DNA of 64,000 nucleotides from Gammaproteobacteria bacterium (GTDB lineage Bacteria; Pseudomonadota; Gammaproteobacteria; JBIOEC01): NCBI GenBank assembly GCA_965279305.1, contig OZ257143.1, positions 1,477,994 to 1,541,993 of the forward strand, read 5' to 3'. Shown piece by piece: positions 55,080 to 64,000 of this stretch (position 1 is its first letter; each line of letters starts with the position of its first letter). The notes under the pieces were generated by a model. It saw only the letters and a program-made list of their open reading frames with translations, ran no database searches and was not told where the DNA came from. The position numbers and the translations under genes were made by a program.

Positions 55080-57137
55080 ATGACAGATACATTAAAAAAT
55101 TGGCAAGCGCATACTGACGAAGATAATATTGTGTGGTTAACGCTTAGATATGCAGGTGGTAGCACTAATATTTTAACTAATGAAGTAATGGATGAATTTA
55201 AAATATTATTAGATGGCTACAAAAAAAGTGTTCCACGTGGATTGATTATTATGTCGGGGCATTCTAATGGTTTTATTGCAGGAGCCGATATTCATGAATT
55301 TTTAGAATTAAAAGATAGCAAAGCGGCTTTTAAAAAACTACGTAAAGGCCAAGAAATTTTTGAACAATTAGCGCATCTTAATTGCCCCACTGTGGCTTTA
55401 ATTAATGGTTTTTGTTTAGGCGGTGGTTTAGAGCTAGCATTGGCATGCCGATATCGTATTGCACTGAATGAAAATAAGACGCGTTTGGGTTTTCCTGAAA
55501 TTTTATTAGGTATTCATCCGGGGTGGGGTGGTTGTGTACGTACACCACTTTTAATCGGTGCGCCCGCTGCTTTGGATCTTATTTTGTCAGGAAAAACGGT
55601 AAATGCCAAAAAAGCGAAAAAAATAGGGTTAATTGATGATATGGTTCCTGAGCGCGAATTTACCCGTGCAGCTAAATATTTTATTATGCATCAGCCAAGC
55701 CCCAGTCATTTGCATGGTTGGAGACCATTAACCAATGCTGCGTTGATTAGACCTTTATTAGGCGCTATTGTTCGAAAACAATTAGAGCAAAAAGCATCAT
55801 CTCAACATTATCCAGCCCCTTATGCTGTTTTAAAATGGTGGATTGAAGTAGGCCCTCAAGCTAAAGATGCATTAGAGAAAGAAGCTAAATCGGTTAGCGA
55901 ATTAGTGTTGCATCCTTCCACTGAAAATTTAATTCGAGTGTATTTATTACAAGAACGTTTGAAAAAAATGGCAGGCCTTCATGAAAATCCGCCTCAGAAA
56001 TTACACGTAGTCGGTGGTGGAACCATGGGTGGTGATATTGCCGTATGGAGTGCTGTTCAAGGTTTGCATGTAACGGTATATGATCAGCAATTAAATACGT
56101 TGGCGAGTGTTCGTAAACGAATGATGGATATGGTTACCAAACGTTTTTGGAAAAAAACGGATCAAGATCATGCCATCGATCGTTTAACGTTAGATCAAGC
56201 GGCTGAAGGTGTAAAACATGCGGATGTTATTATTGAAGCCATTCCTGAAGATTTAGCATTAAAACAAAAAGTGTGGAAATCGATTCAAGAATCAGCAAAG
56301 CCTAATGCTTTATTAGCCACCAATACGTCTAGCATTCCTTTGCCTGAAATTGGTAAAGCATTACCACAACCTGATCGATTAATTGGTATTCATTTTTTTA
56401 ATCCTGTAGCTATATTGCAATTAGTAGAAGTGGTTACCACGTCTAAAACGAATCCTGAATTATCTGAGCTCGCTTATCAGTATTTAAAATTGATTAATCA
56501 TTTTCCTTTGCCGGTAAAAAGTTCTCCGGGCTTTTTAGTGAATCGTATTTTAATGCCTTATCTTTTAGAAGCCGCCATGTTGTTAGATGAAGGCATTGCT
56601 CCCCATCTTATTGATAAAGCCGCCAAAGATTTTGGTATGCCTATGGGGCCTATCGAAATTTGTGATACGGTAGGTTTAGATGTTTGTTTAGCGGTAGCTG
56701 AGCATTTATCTCAATATTATCCTGCTAAGATCCCGGATTCGCTGCGCTCTATGGTGGCGGCAGGGAAACTAGGGCGCAAAACGGGAAGTGGATTTTATGA
56801 TTATAAACACAAGAAGCCTCAAGAAGTTTTTGTGCCTCCTGAGAAACCGCCTAATAATGCTTCGGGCAAAGAAAATATCAGCATTATTACTGATCGTATA
56901 ATCATGCGATTGCTCAATGAAGCGTGTGCCTGCTGGCGCGAAAAGATTGTAGAAGATGCTGATTTGGTAGATGCAGGCATGGTATTTGGCACTGGATTTG
57001 CCCCTTTTAGAGGTGGACCGCTTCATTATGCCCAATCTTTGGGTTTGGATGCTGTTTTGAAGAAATTTAGCACCTTAGAGACGCATTGTGGTGAGCGCTT
57101 TAAGCCCGACGAAGGTTGGGCGGCGCTCTTGAAGTAA
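55080..57137 (+). CDS. fadJ: Fatty-acid oxidation complex alpha subunit (enoyl-CoA hydratase / 3-hydroxyacyl-CoA dehydrogenase), FadJ/FadB family
   Basis: It has the crotonase region ALINGFCLGGGLELALACRYRIA, the NAD Rossmann motif VVGGGTMGGDIA and a C-terminal 3HCDH domain. The gene starts 2 nt after the thiolase stop. Confidence 0.85.
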   Translation: MTDTLKNWQAHTDEDNIVWLTLRYAGGSTNILTNEVMDEFKILLDGYKKSVPRGLIIMSGHSNGFIAGADIHEFLELKDSKAAFKKLRKGQEIFEQLAHLNCPTVALINGFCLGGGLELALACRYRIALNENKTRLGFPEILLGIHPGWGGCVRTPLLIGAPAALDLILSGKTVNAKKAKKIGLIDDMVPEREFTRAAKYFIMHQPSPSHLHGWRPLTNAALIRPLLGAIVRKQLEQKASSQHYPAPYAVLKWWIEVGPQAKDALEKEAKSVSELVLHPSTENLIRVYLLQERLKKMAGLHENPPQKLHVVGGGTMGGDIAVWSAVQGLHVTVYDQQLNTLASVRKRMMDMVTKRFWKKTDQDHAIDRLTLDQAAEGVKHADVIIEAIPEDLALKQKVWKSIQESAKPNALLATNTSSIPLPEIGKALPQPDRLIGIHFFNPVAILQLVEVVTTSKTNPELSELAYQYLKLINHFPLPVKSSPGFLVNRILMPYLLEAAMLLDEGIAPHLIDKAAKDFGMPMGPIEICDTVGLDVCLAVAEHLSQYYPAKIPDSLRSMVAAGKLGRKTGSGFYDYKHKKPQEVFVPPEKPPNNASGKENISIITDRIIMRLLNEACACWREKIVEDADLVDAGMVFGTGFAPFRGGPLHYAQSLGLDAVLKKFSTLETHCGERFKPDEGWAALLK

Positions 57138-57163
57138 GTTCTTTAACCCTCTAAAATACCCCT

Positions 57164-58927
57164 ATGAAAAACACTATAAGTGCCTCTTCTGATATGAATT
57201 CTTGGGTGACGTATAAACGTCTTTTCAGCTATATCTATCGCTACTGGTTTGTTTTTGTTATTGCTATTACCGGTAGTATTGGCTATTCAGCCGTAGATGC
57301 CTGGCTCGTTAAATTCCTGCAACCCATGATTGACGAAGGCTTAGTAGCCCGAGATGAATGGTTTATTCAGTTAATCCCCATTGTACTTCCTGCTATTTTT
57401 CTTTTAAGAGGCGTAATGAGCTTTGCCTCTGATTACAGTATGGCCTGGCTTGCTCGCCATATTGTTACTCAAGTACGCAGAGAAATTTTTGATCATTTAC
57501 AGCATCTTCCTGCCACTTTTTATGATAGCCATGCTTCAGGCACCTTATTAGCCAAAATTATTTACAATACCGATCAAGTGGCTAGAGCAGTAACCGATGT
57601 GATTATTGAATCGGTGAGAAATGCGTTTTTAATTATTTTCTTAGTAGGCGTAATGCTATGGACTAATTGGCAGCTTACGCTGGCATTCTTATTGGTAGGT
57701 CCGTTTATTGTGGTTATTTTTGTCATTGCGAGCCGTCGTTTTCGTCGATTAAGTCGTGAATCTCAAAATGCGATTGCGGATATGACACATGTGGCAGAAG
57801 AAAATATCGAAAATTATAAAGTAGTGAGAATTTTTGGTGGTGAAAATTATGAGGTTCAGCAGTTTGATAAAACCATAGAGCGCACACGCCGCTATGAAAT
57901 GAAGAATTATCTCACTCGCGGAGTGACGGTTCCTGCTATTCAAGTATTGGGTGGATTTGCTTTTGGAATGGTGATTTATATTGCTATGAATTATTTGCCT
58001 GCTTCTGAACTCACCGCAGGTGCTTTTGCTACTTTAGCAGCTGCAATGATTAGCTTATTAAAACCTATCAAAGAGCTGACTTCTGTCAGCAATAAAATTC
58101 AACGCGGATTGGCTGGTGCTGAAAGTGTATTTGAATTATTAGATGAACCTAGAGAAGTGAATACCGGTACCTTAGAAGTAGGCCGTGTGAAAGGAGCGAT
58201 TGATTTTGACCATGTCAGTTTTTCTTATGGCGCAGAATCGGCTTCTCCTGTGGTATTAGAAAATTTTGATTTATCCATTAAACCCGGTCAGCGTATTGCA
58301 CTTTTAGGGCGTTCCGGTGCTGGTAAATCTACCGTGACTAATTTATTAACTGGTTTTTACAGTAATTACCAAGGAACCATTACAATTGATGGGCATAGCA
58401 TACGCGACTTTTCTCTTGATTCATTGCGAAGACAGTTTGCTGTAGTGACTCAAAATATCACTTTGTTTAACGATACCATTGCCAATAATATCACTTATGG
58501 TACTGATCACGATCATGACGAAAAACGTCTTTATGAAGCGGCAAAAGCGGCTCATGCACTGGAATTTATTGAACGATTACCCGATGGTTTTAATAGTCTA
58601 GTAGGTGAGAATGGAGTGTTATTATCAGGTGGCCAACGCCAACGTTTGGCTATTGCTCGTGCTATTTATAAAGATGCGCCTATATTAATATTAGACGAAG
58701 CCACTTCAGCTCTGGATACTGAATCTGAGCGCCATATTCAAGTAGCCTTAGATGAATTAATGCAAAATCGTACGAGTTTAATTATTGCGCATCGTTTATC
58801 TACTATTGAACAGGCTGATCTGATTGTAGTGCTAGAAAATGGGAAAATTGTTGAGCAGGGCACCCATAAACAATTAATGGCACTTAAAAAGAATTATGCA
58901 CAACTGCGCAATATGCAGAAGCTTTAA
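57164..58927 (+). CDS. msbA: Lipid A export ABC transporter MsbA (fused permease-ATPase)
   Basis: A six-TM N-domain is followed by Walker A GRSGAGKST, the signature LSGGQRQRLAIARA and Walker B ILILDEATSALD. It is followed by lpxK, as in E. coli. Confidence 0.9.
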   Translation: MKNTISASSDMNSWVTYKRLFSYIYRYWFVFVIAITGSIGYSAVDAWLVKFLQPMIDEGLVARDEWFIQLIPIVLPAIFLLRGVMSFASDYSMAWLARHIVTQVRREIFDHLQHLPATFYDSHASGTLLAKIIYNTDQVARAVTDVIIESVRNAFLIIFLVGVMLWTNWQLTLAFLLVGPFIVVIFVIASRRFRRLSRESQNAIADMTHVAEENIENYKVVRIFGGENYEVQQFDKTIERTRRYEMKNYLTRGVTVPAIQVLGGFAFGMVIYIAMNYLPASELTAGAFATLAAAMISLLKPIKELTSVSNKIQRGLAGAESVFELLDEPREVNTGTLEVGRVKGAIDFDHVSFSYGAESASPVVLENFDLSIKPGQRIALLGRSGAGKSTVTNLLTGFYSNYQGTITIDGHSIRDFSLDSLRRQFAVVTQNITLFNDTIANNITYGTDHDHDEKRLYEAAKAAHALEFIERLPDGFNSLVGENGVLLSGGQRQRLAIARAIYKDAPILILDEATSALDTESERHIQVALDELMQNRTSLIIAHRLSTIEQADLIVVLENGKIVEQGTHKQLMALKKNYAQLRNMQKL

Positions 58928-58941
58928 TCTCAAAATTTTAT

Positions 58942-59955
58942 ATGCTTAAAAAAATTTGGCAGGCTTTAGAATTGTGGTTTGCTCAATCTTGGTATCAGGA
59001 CAATATTCCTTTTTGGTTTTTCTGGCCTTTACTCTATCCTTTATCTAAATGTTACGAATTAATCGTGTATTTTCGTTATCAAAAAGCCAAGAAAAATTTT
59101 AAATCAGCTCATTTCCGTGCTCCAGTTATTGTTATTGGTAATATCACCGTAGGTGGCAGTGGAAAAACGCCTGCAGTGATGGCGGTATTTAATTTTCTAA
59201 AAGAAAAAGGGTTTAAACCTGGTATTGTTACGCGTGGTTATAAAGGCAATCCTCCTCAGTATCCTTATTTAGTTGATTCGGCCAGCCGTGCCAGTGAATC
59301 TGGTGATGAGGCTTTATTATTGTTTAAAGAACTTAATTGCCCGGTGGTGGTTGATCCAGATCGTTTAGAAGCTGTGAATTTTTTATTAACGCATTATCCA
59401 GATGTTAATGTAGTGATTTGTGATGATGGGTTACAGCATTATGCATTACCTAGAAATTATGAAATAGCGGTGGTGGATGCTAAACGTGAGTTTGGTAATG
59501 GTTTTTCTTTGCCTCTAGGGCCACTAAGAGAGCCTCTATCGCGTCTTAAAGAAGTGGATATGGTTTTATATCAGGGTAAGCAAGAAAGTAATCGAGCAGG
59601 CTTTGAGTTAAAGCCAGAATTACTGATTAATGTAACTGATCCTAAGCAAACATTAGCGGTAGAGCGTTTATTAAATATGCCGGTACATGCAGTGGCAGGA
59701 ATAAGTGATCCCCAACGCTTTTTTGATACCTTGAGTTCTTTAGGCTTACAAGTATTACCTCATCCGCTGCCCGATCATGCCTGGTTAACCAAAGACGATT
59801 TAGTCTATAATGACAACTATCCAGTGATTATGACGGCAAAAGATGCCATAAAATGTGAAAATATCAATGGCGAAAATGTCTGGTATTTAAAAGTAAAGCC
59901 GGTATTGAATGCGCACGCACGCGAACAGTTAACTCAACTTTTTAAAGAGATGTAA
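58942..59955 (+). CDS. lpxK: Tetraacyldisaccharide 4'-kinase LpxK
   Basis: It has the P-loop [13 protein letters not shown], is 337 aa and shows msbA-lpxK synteny. Confidence 0.85.
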   Translation: MLKKIWQALELWFAQSWYQDNIPFWFFWPLLYPLSKCYELIVYFRYQKAKKNFKSAHFRAPVIVIGNITVGGSGKTPAVMAVFNFLKEKGFKPGIVTRGYKGNPPQYPYLVDSASRASESGDEALLLFKELNCPVVVDPDRLEAVNFLLTHYPDVNVVICDDGLQHYALPRNYEIAVVDAKREFGNGFSLPLGPLREPLSRLKEVDMVLYQGKQESNRAGFELKPELLINVTDPKQTLAVERLLNMPVHAVAGISDPQRFFDTLSSLGLQVLPHPLPDHAWLTKDDLVYNDNYPVIMTAKDAIKCENINGENVWYLKVKPVLNAHAREQLTQLFKEM

Positions 59956-59959
59956 CATT

Positions 59960-60169
59960 ATGATGAATAAATCCCTGCTTGATATTTTGGTTTGTCCTTT
60001 GTGCAAAGGTAAACTGACTTATGATAAAACTGCACAAGAATTGATATGTTCTTTTGACAAATTGGCTTATCCCATCAGAGAAGGGATCCCTGTTATGTTG
60101 ATTGAAGAAGCTCGTCAATTAAATGCCAATCACGAAGAAAACCAAGAAGGTAATAGAGAAGGCCAATAA
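59960..60169 (+). CDS. ycaR: Trm112/YcaR-family small protein (DUF343)
   Basis: It starts [13 protein letters not shown]...[13 protein letters not shown] and is 69 aa. The msbA-lpxK-ycaR order is conserved. Confidence 0.75.
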   Translation: MMNKSLLDILVCPLCKGKLTYDKTAQELICSFDKLAYPIREGIPVMLIEEARQLNANHEENQEGNREGQ

Positions 60170-60735
60170 TGTTTAAACAACTTATTTTATTTGTTTTTCT
60201 AGGTTTGTTTGTTGTGAATATGGCGATAGCGACAGACTACGCCCCTTGCGGCCCTGTGGGTGCCTATGTTTATGTAGGTGATACGCAAGCCAAAGTGCTT
60301 TCTACTTGTGGTCAGCCTGCTAGCGCTAGAGATTATAGTGCTTCTAATGATACTACCTTGCATAAAGTTCGTTGGGCTTATACCCAGAATTACTCCATTA
60401 ATAATAACTCCGGCGAGTCAGTGAGTATTAATCAAGGAAGCCGTTATGTGGTTGAATTTGTGGATGAAAAAGTCACCCAAGTTTATATAGGGGGAATGCC
60501 ATACGATTCATTTGATTATTGTGGCCCTGTTCCCGGTATGCGCCGCTCTATTGAGAAAGGTGACACCATGTCTCAAGTAAGAGCGATGTGTGGATCGCCT
60601 ACTTTTGCCAATGCAGTCGATGAAAAACAAACCGCTGAACCCTCACAACTCACCGAATATATTTATCAATCCGATCCTTCTTTTCCTGCGACGACTATTG
60701 TTTTTGAGAATGGAATAGTGAAAACACTTAGGTAA
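60169..60735 (+). CDS. Secreted hypothetical protein with an internal duplication (two Cys-containing modules)
   Basis: It has a signal peptide, [21 protein letters not shown]. Two related modules are present: DYAPCGPVGAYVYVGDTQAKVLSTCGQP and DYCGPVPGMRRSIEKGDTMSQVRAMCGSP. Confidence 0.55.
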   Translation: MFKQLILFVFLGLFVVNMAIATDYAPCGPVGAYVYVGDTQAKVLSTCGQPASARDYSASNDTTLHKVRWAYTQNYSINNNSGESVSINQGSRYVVEFVDEKVTQVYIGGMPYDSFDYCGPVPGMRRSIEKGDTMSQVRAMCGSPTFANAVDEKQTAEPSQLTEYIYQSDPSFPATTIVFENGIVKTLR

Positions 60736-60818
60736 GACCTAGCACCATCCTTGAAATATTTAGAATATCAACTAAACTTAAATCATAATAATAAAAAAGG
60801 AAGTACGAATAAGCTAAT

Positions 60819-61010
60819 GTGGAGATCGAAATGAAACTTTTTAACTTTCATAGTGGGTCGCATACAACCATTGGTAACAATGGAAGTAGTCCGCATTCGC
60901 ACGTTCAGGAAGAAGATCACGATGTGGCAATGCACGCCGTAGTGGGGGTCACATTATTCGTATTATCTATGCTAGTCATTGCTGCCATTGCTTTTATATT
61001 TGGACATTGA
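60819..61010 (+). CDS. Small His-rich protein with a C-terminal transmembrane helix (63 aa); uncertain
   Basis: It has a His-rich N-terminus (HSGSHTTIGNNGSSPHSHVQEEDHDVAMH) and a hydrophobic C-terminus (VVGVTLFVLSMLVIAAIAFIF). It is followed by a terminator-like structure. Short-ORF confidence is limited. Confidence 0.35.
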   Translation: MEIEMKLFNFHSGSHTTIGNNGSSPHSHVQEEDHDVAMHAVVGVTLFVLSMLVIAAIAFIFGH

Positions 61011-61082
61011 GCAGCATAGCGAACAAACGAGATGAGAACTTTGTTTCTCACCTACGTTATCCTGCCATAACGACGAGCAGGA

Positions 61083-61154
61083 GCGGCAATACACATGGCT
61101 TAACGTGCTAGATCTTGAAAAAGCAACAGCATCCATGTGTGCCGCACTTTTTTT
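61083..61154 (+). terminator. Long-range hairpin followed by a T7 tract (candidate intrinsic terminator or structured leader)
   Basis: GCGGCAATACACATGG (61083-61098) pairs with CCATGTGTGCCGC (61133-61145) with a 3-nt bulge, then ACTTTTTTT follows. The 34-nt intervening loop contains an AGATCT palindrome. Confidence 0.45.
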
Positions 61155-61165
61155 AAGGATAAAAA

Positions 61166-62572
61166 ATGCCACAAAACTCGTCTAAAGATCTCAATAATAT
61201 GTGCATTGTTCGAAATCCTGCAACAGAAGCCATTGTTGCACAATACCCTTATTTTAGCTTAGAGCAAATTAATCATAAAATTGAACAATCTGAAAAAGCC
61301 TGGAAAGAGTGGAAAAATTCTTCTTGGGAAACTCGTCGTGAATGCGTTAAAAAATTAGCGGCTTCATTGAGATCTCATCTTTCTGAATGCTCAAAGCTAA
61401 TCACTCTTGAAATGGGAAAACCCATCACACAAGCCGAGCAAGAAATAGAGAAGTGCGCCACGCTTTGTGATTATTACGCCGAACATGCAGAAACCCTTTT
61501 AAAACCTAGGCTGATCACTCATGAGAAAGAGGGTGATAATGAAAAAAGTTATATTGTTTACGATCCACTAGGCATTATTTACGGAATCATGCCGTGGAAT
61601 TTTCCTTTTTGGCAGGTGATGCGTTTTGCTATTCCTAGCATTATGGCCGGTAATACCGCTTTGCTAAAACACTCGCCTAATGTAACCGGTTGTAGCTTAG
61701 AAATTGAAAAATTATTCAAAGAAAGTTTCCCTGAACATGTTTTTACGTGTTTAGTGATGCAAGTAGAGCATTCTGAACATGTGCTTAATCATAGTGCGGT
61801 AGCGGCTATATCCGTAACCGGCAGTGATAAAACGGGTCGTATTGTAAGCGCACAAGCGGGTAATGCGCTCAAAAAAACCGTATTAGAATTAGGTGGTAGC
61901 GATCCTTATATTGTATTAGAAGATGCGGATATTGAAAAAACAGCTAAAACCATTGTGGCAGGGCGGATCAGTAATGCCGGACAATCTTGTGTGGCACCTA
62001 AACGAATATTAGCCGTAGATGCAATCCGTGAAGCCTTGCAAGCCCATGTGACAGCCTTAATGAAAGATTATTCTTGGGGAAATCCTGCCGATAAATTAGT
62101 AAAATTAGGTCCGCTTGCACGTAAAGACTTACGCGATCATTTGCATAAACAAATAGTGGATACGGTAGTTCAAGGTGCAGGTGTTGAGTGTGGTGGATTT
62201 ATGCCAGAAGGTATGGGATATTTTTATCCTCCCACCGTTTTAGTCGATGTGCCTAAAGATACGCCTGCGTATGATGAAGAATTATTTGGTCCTGTATTAA
62301 GCTTTATACCGGTAAAAGACGAAGCAGAGGCTATCAAAGTAGCCAATGGAACTCGATTTGGGCTTTCCTCTGCTATCTTCACTAAAGATATTAAAAGAGC
62401 AGAAAAAATAGCCCGCCAGTTAATGGCAGGGGGCGTATTTATTAATAAATGCACCGTATCTGATCCTCGTATGCCTTTTGGAGGCATCAAAGACTCAGGC
62501 CATGGACGAGAGCTTAACGGCGATGGTATACATGAGTTTACCAATATTAAAACCATCGTGATTGCCAAATAA
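61166..62572 (+). CDS. NAD(P)+-dependent aldehyde dehydrogenase (succinate-semialdehyde dehydrogenase-like)
   Basis: ALDH motifs are present: FPFWQ, ELGGSDP (ELGG), catalytic Cys in GQSCVAPKR and NAD-binding GSDKTG. It is 468 aa. Confidence 0.85.
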   Translation: MPQNSSKDLNNMCIVRNPATEAIVAQYPYFSLEQINHKIEQSEKAWKEWKNSSWETRRECVKKLAASLRSHLSECSKLITLEMGKPITQAEQEIEKCATLCDYYAEHAETLLKPRLITHEKEGDNEKSYIVYDPLGIIYGIMPWNFPFWQVMRFAIPSIMAGNTALLKHSPNVTGCSLEIEKLFKESFPEHVFTCLVMQVEHSEHVLNHSAVAAISVTGSDKTGRIVSAQAGNALKKTVLELGGSDPYIVLEDADIEKTAKTIVAGRISNAGQSCVAPKRILAVDAIREALQAHVTALMKDYSWGNPADKLVKLGPLARKDLRDHLHKQIVDTVVQGAGVECGGFMPEGMGYFYPPTVLVDVPKDTPAYDEELFGPVLSFIPVKDEAEAIKVANGTRFGLSSAIFTKDIKRAEKIARQLMAGGVFINKCTVSDPRMPFGGIKDSGHGRELNGDGIHEFTNIKTIVIAK

Positions 62573-62674
62573 ACCTTCTTTTTCCTAGCATTTACCCTGT
62601 TTTCTTGAATTGACAGACTATTCCCATTCGGTTTATAGTTCGTATACTAAATTCGTAGTTAAGAAGGAATTAAT

Positions 62675-63751
62675 ATGCCCGGTGCTGCAAGTAGTCCTAC
62701 CGCTAGGATGTTTTCTGTTCTTCAATGGCTTCCTCTAGTATCTATCCCCGTATTCTTTGTGGGACTTTATCCTTACCTGAGAGAGCTGATGGATAAATTT
62801 GTATTTCCAGATATATTAGAAAACGATAATGAGACAGCCGTGATTACATTAGCTATTTTAACGGCCTTTAGCACCATGACCAGCAATACGGCACAATTGG
62901 CTGACATCATTAAACCCACCGACAAGGTATCGTTAGATAGTACCCTGAAAAAATCATTAAAATTAGCCGCTAGAGTAATGGTTTCTATTCCTCCTGCGAT
63001 TGCCGCCGGTCAGCTTACCCGTTATCAAGTTGAAGAATTTAATTTTGATATAACAAATACGGCGTTAATATCATGTATGGTACTTTTAGCCGGCGTAGAA
63101 TTTATGACTGCCATGCAAGGTACGCATCCTAGTGAACTTGTAAAACTATGGAAAGCATTTGCTCCAAAACCTAAAAAAGAAGGTCTCTCCGAAATAACCG
63201 CTCTGATTAATGACGATTCTGAGCAAGAAGCGCAAGATTTTTCAGCTCTTTTTCCTTCTAGAAATGTTACGTTATCACTTACTGCAATTTATGTCCCCCT
63301 GGCTATGTATGCTTTATATTCTTTGATCAATGAATTTTACCGAAATATTAAACCCACTTCTGCTGGTGAATATACATTATTTATAATGTGTGTATTAGCC
63401 AGCACATTTGCCACGCTTTTTGATTTAGATAGATGGAGTATGCTATTACAAGAATTTGTAAAATTTAAACCCAGTGCTTTTTCAGTTTTAACCGCTCTGT
63501 TAGTGGTGGTGAATTCTTTTTTAAGTTCTTTAATCGACGCTGTGAGAGGATTTGAAGTGCATGATGTGGGTTATAACTATAAAATGTTAGGTTATATATC
63601 TATTACTGCTGTTTTACTTGCTAAGTTTTCTAGCAACGTGACGCTTACCCAAGATTTTGGAAACTACGTTTATGAAAGAGGAACGCAAATAAAAGCCGCT
63701 TGTTTAAAACCACCGTTAAGACGCCACGCCAGTGCTGTTGCACCTGAATAA
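62675..63751 (+). CDS. Hypothetical integral membrane protein (358 aa)
   Basis: It has several predicted TM helices (LQWLPLVSIPVFFVGLY, VITLAILTAFSTM, LISCMVLLAGVEF, VPLAMYALYSLI, FIMCVLASTFATL, LTALLVVVNSFLSSLI). No motif was recognised. Confidence 0.5.
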   Translation: MPGAASSPTARMFSVLQWLPLVSIPVFFVGLYPYLRELMDKFVFPDILENDNETAVITLAILTAFSTMTSNTAQLADIIKPTDKVSLDSTLKKSLKLAARVMVSIPPAIAAGQLTRYQVEEFNFDITNTALISCMVLLAGVEFMTAMQGTHPSELVKLWKAFAPKPKKEGLSEITALINDDSEQEAQDFSALFPSRNVTLSLTAIYVPLAMYALYSLINEFYRNIKPTSAGEYTLFIMCVLASTFATLFDLDRWSMLLQEFVKFKPSAFSVLTALLVVVNSFLSSLIDAVRGFEVHDVGYNYKMLGYISITAVLLAKFSSNVTLTQDFGNYVYERGTQIKAACLKPPLRRHASAVAPE

Positions 63752-63759
63752 TGAGTAGC

Positions 63760-64000
63760 TTAATCAATATAGCGTTGCAATAAACCTTCATAGCTATCAA
63801 TGCGACGATCGCGCAAGTATGGCCACATTTGGCGTACCGTTCGAGTTCTTTCTAAATCAAGAGTGGCATATAAATGAGTAGGCGTTTCATTATCTGCTTG
63901 TGCAAGAATTTCACCTTGAGGTCCTGCTACAAAACTATTTCCCCAAAATTGAATGCCTTTTTCATGTACTTCAGGATGATAAGGATTATTTTCATATCCC
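63760..64000 (-). CDS. Carbon-nitrogen hydrolase (nitrilase superfamily, N-carbamoylputrescine amidase-like), C-terminal 79 aa; the 5' end lies outside the window
   Basis: The reverse-strand translation GYENNPYHPEVHEKGIQFWGNSFVAGPQGEILAQADNETPTHLYATLDLERTRTVRQMWPYLRDRRIDSYEGLLQRYID* matches the conserved C-terminus of AguB-type amidases. Confidence 0.7.
   Translation of the reverse strand, partial: GYENNPYHPEVHEKGIQFWGNSFVAGPQGEILAQADNETPTHLYATLDLERTRTVRQMWPYLRDRRIDSYEGLLQRYID

Overview
This is a 64 kb window of AT-rich DNA (about 38% GC) that reads as a chromosome segment from a Legionella-like (Legionellales-type) intracellular gammaproteobacterium; the taxon is an inference, not a database hit. 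Conserved housekeeping genes are interleaved with many eukaryotic-like effector candidates.

- **Core blocks.** They are the Suf Fe-S cluster assembly genes (sufC', sufD, sufS, sufT-like), a Rieske ferredoxin, a stand-alone Bacillus-type ribosomal protein S4 gene (rpsD), an initiator tRNA-fMet, and tesA–ybbA–ybbP (GDSL hydrolase plus ABC ATPase and FtsX-type permease). The right side carries fadE–fadI–fadJ, msbA–lpxK–ycaR(Trm112), an aldehyde dehydrogenase and a partial C-N hydrolase.
- **Accessory content.**
  1. A minimal non-ribosomal peptide locus: an Sfp-type phosphopantetheinyl transferase, an MFS exporter, a FabH-like (KAS III-like) protein with non-canonical catalytic residues, a single adenylation–carrier–epimerization (A-T-E) NRPS module with no condensation or thioesterase domain, a convergent overlapping Dam-family methyltransferase, and a CmlA-sized metallo-beta-lactamase-fold protein whose first half has a GC-rich patch.
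  2. An orphan ParD antitoxin with no ParE partner.
  3. Eukaryotic-like proteins: an ankyrin protein ending in CaaX (CTIL), a 471-aa protein ending in CaaX (CTIQ), a eukaryotic-type Ser/Thr kinase, a U-box plus ankyrin E3 ubiquitin ligase, a 1276-aa TPR protein built on near-identical 102-bp tandem DNA repeats, several large hypothetical proteins, and a GC-rich frameshifted WD40 gene remnant.
  4. The most distinctive element: an operon of three tandem, divergent paralogs (679, 692 and 967 aa). Each fuses an AIG1/GIMAP/septin-like P-loop GTPase to long coiled coils and a conserved Lys/Tyr/Gly-rich C-terminal module, and the module is duplicated in the largest paralog.
- **Recurring tail motif.** At least nine unrelated accessory proteins end in Pro/Ala-rich tails (APAP/PPAP), which may be a shared translocation or host-interaction signal.
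- **Not seen.** No CRISPR array, integrase or transposase was found.
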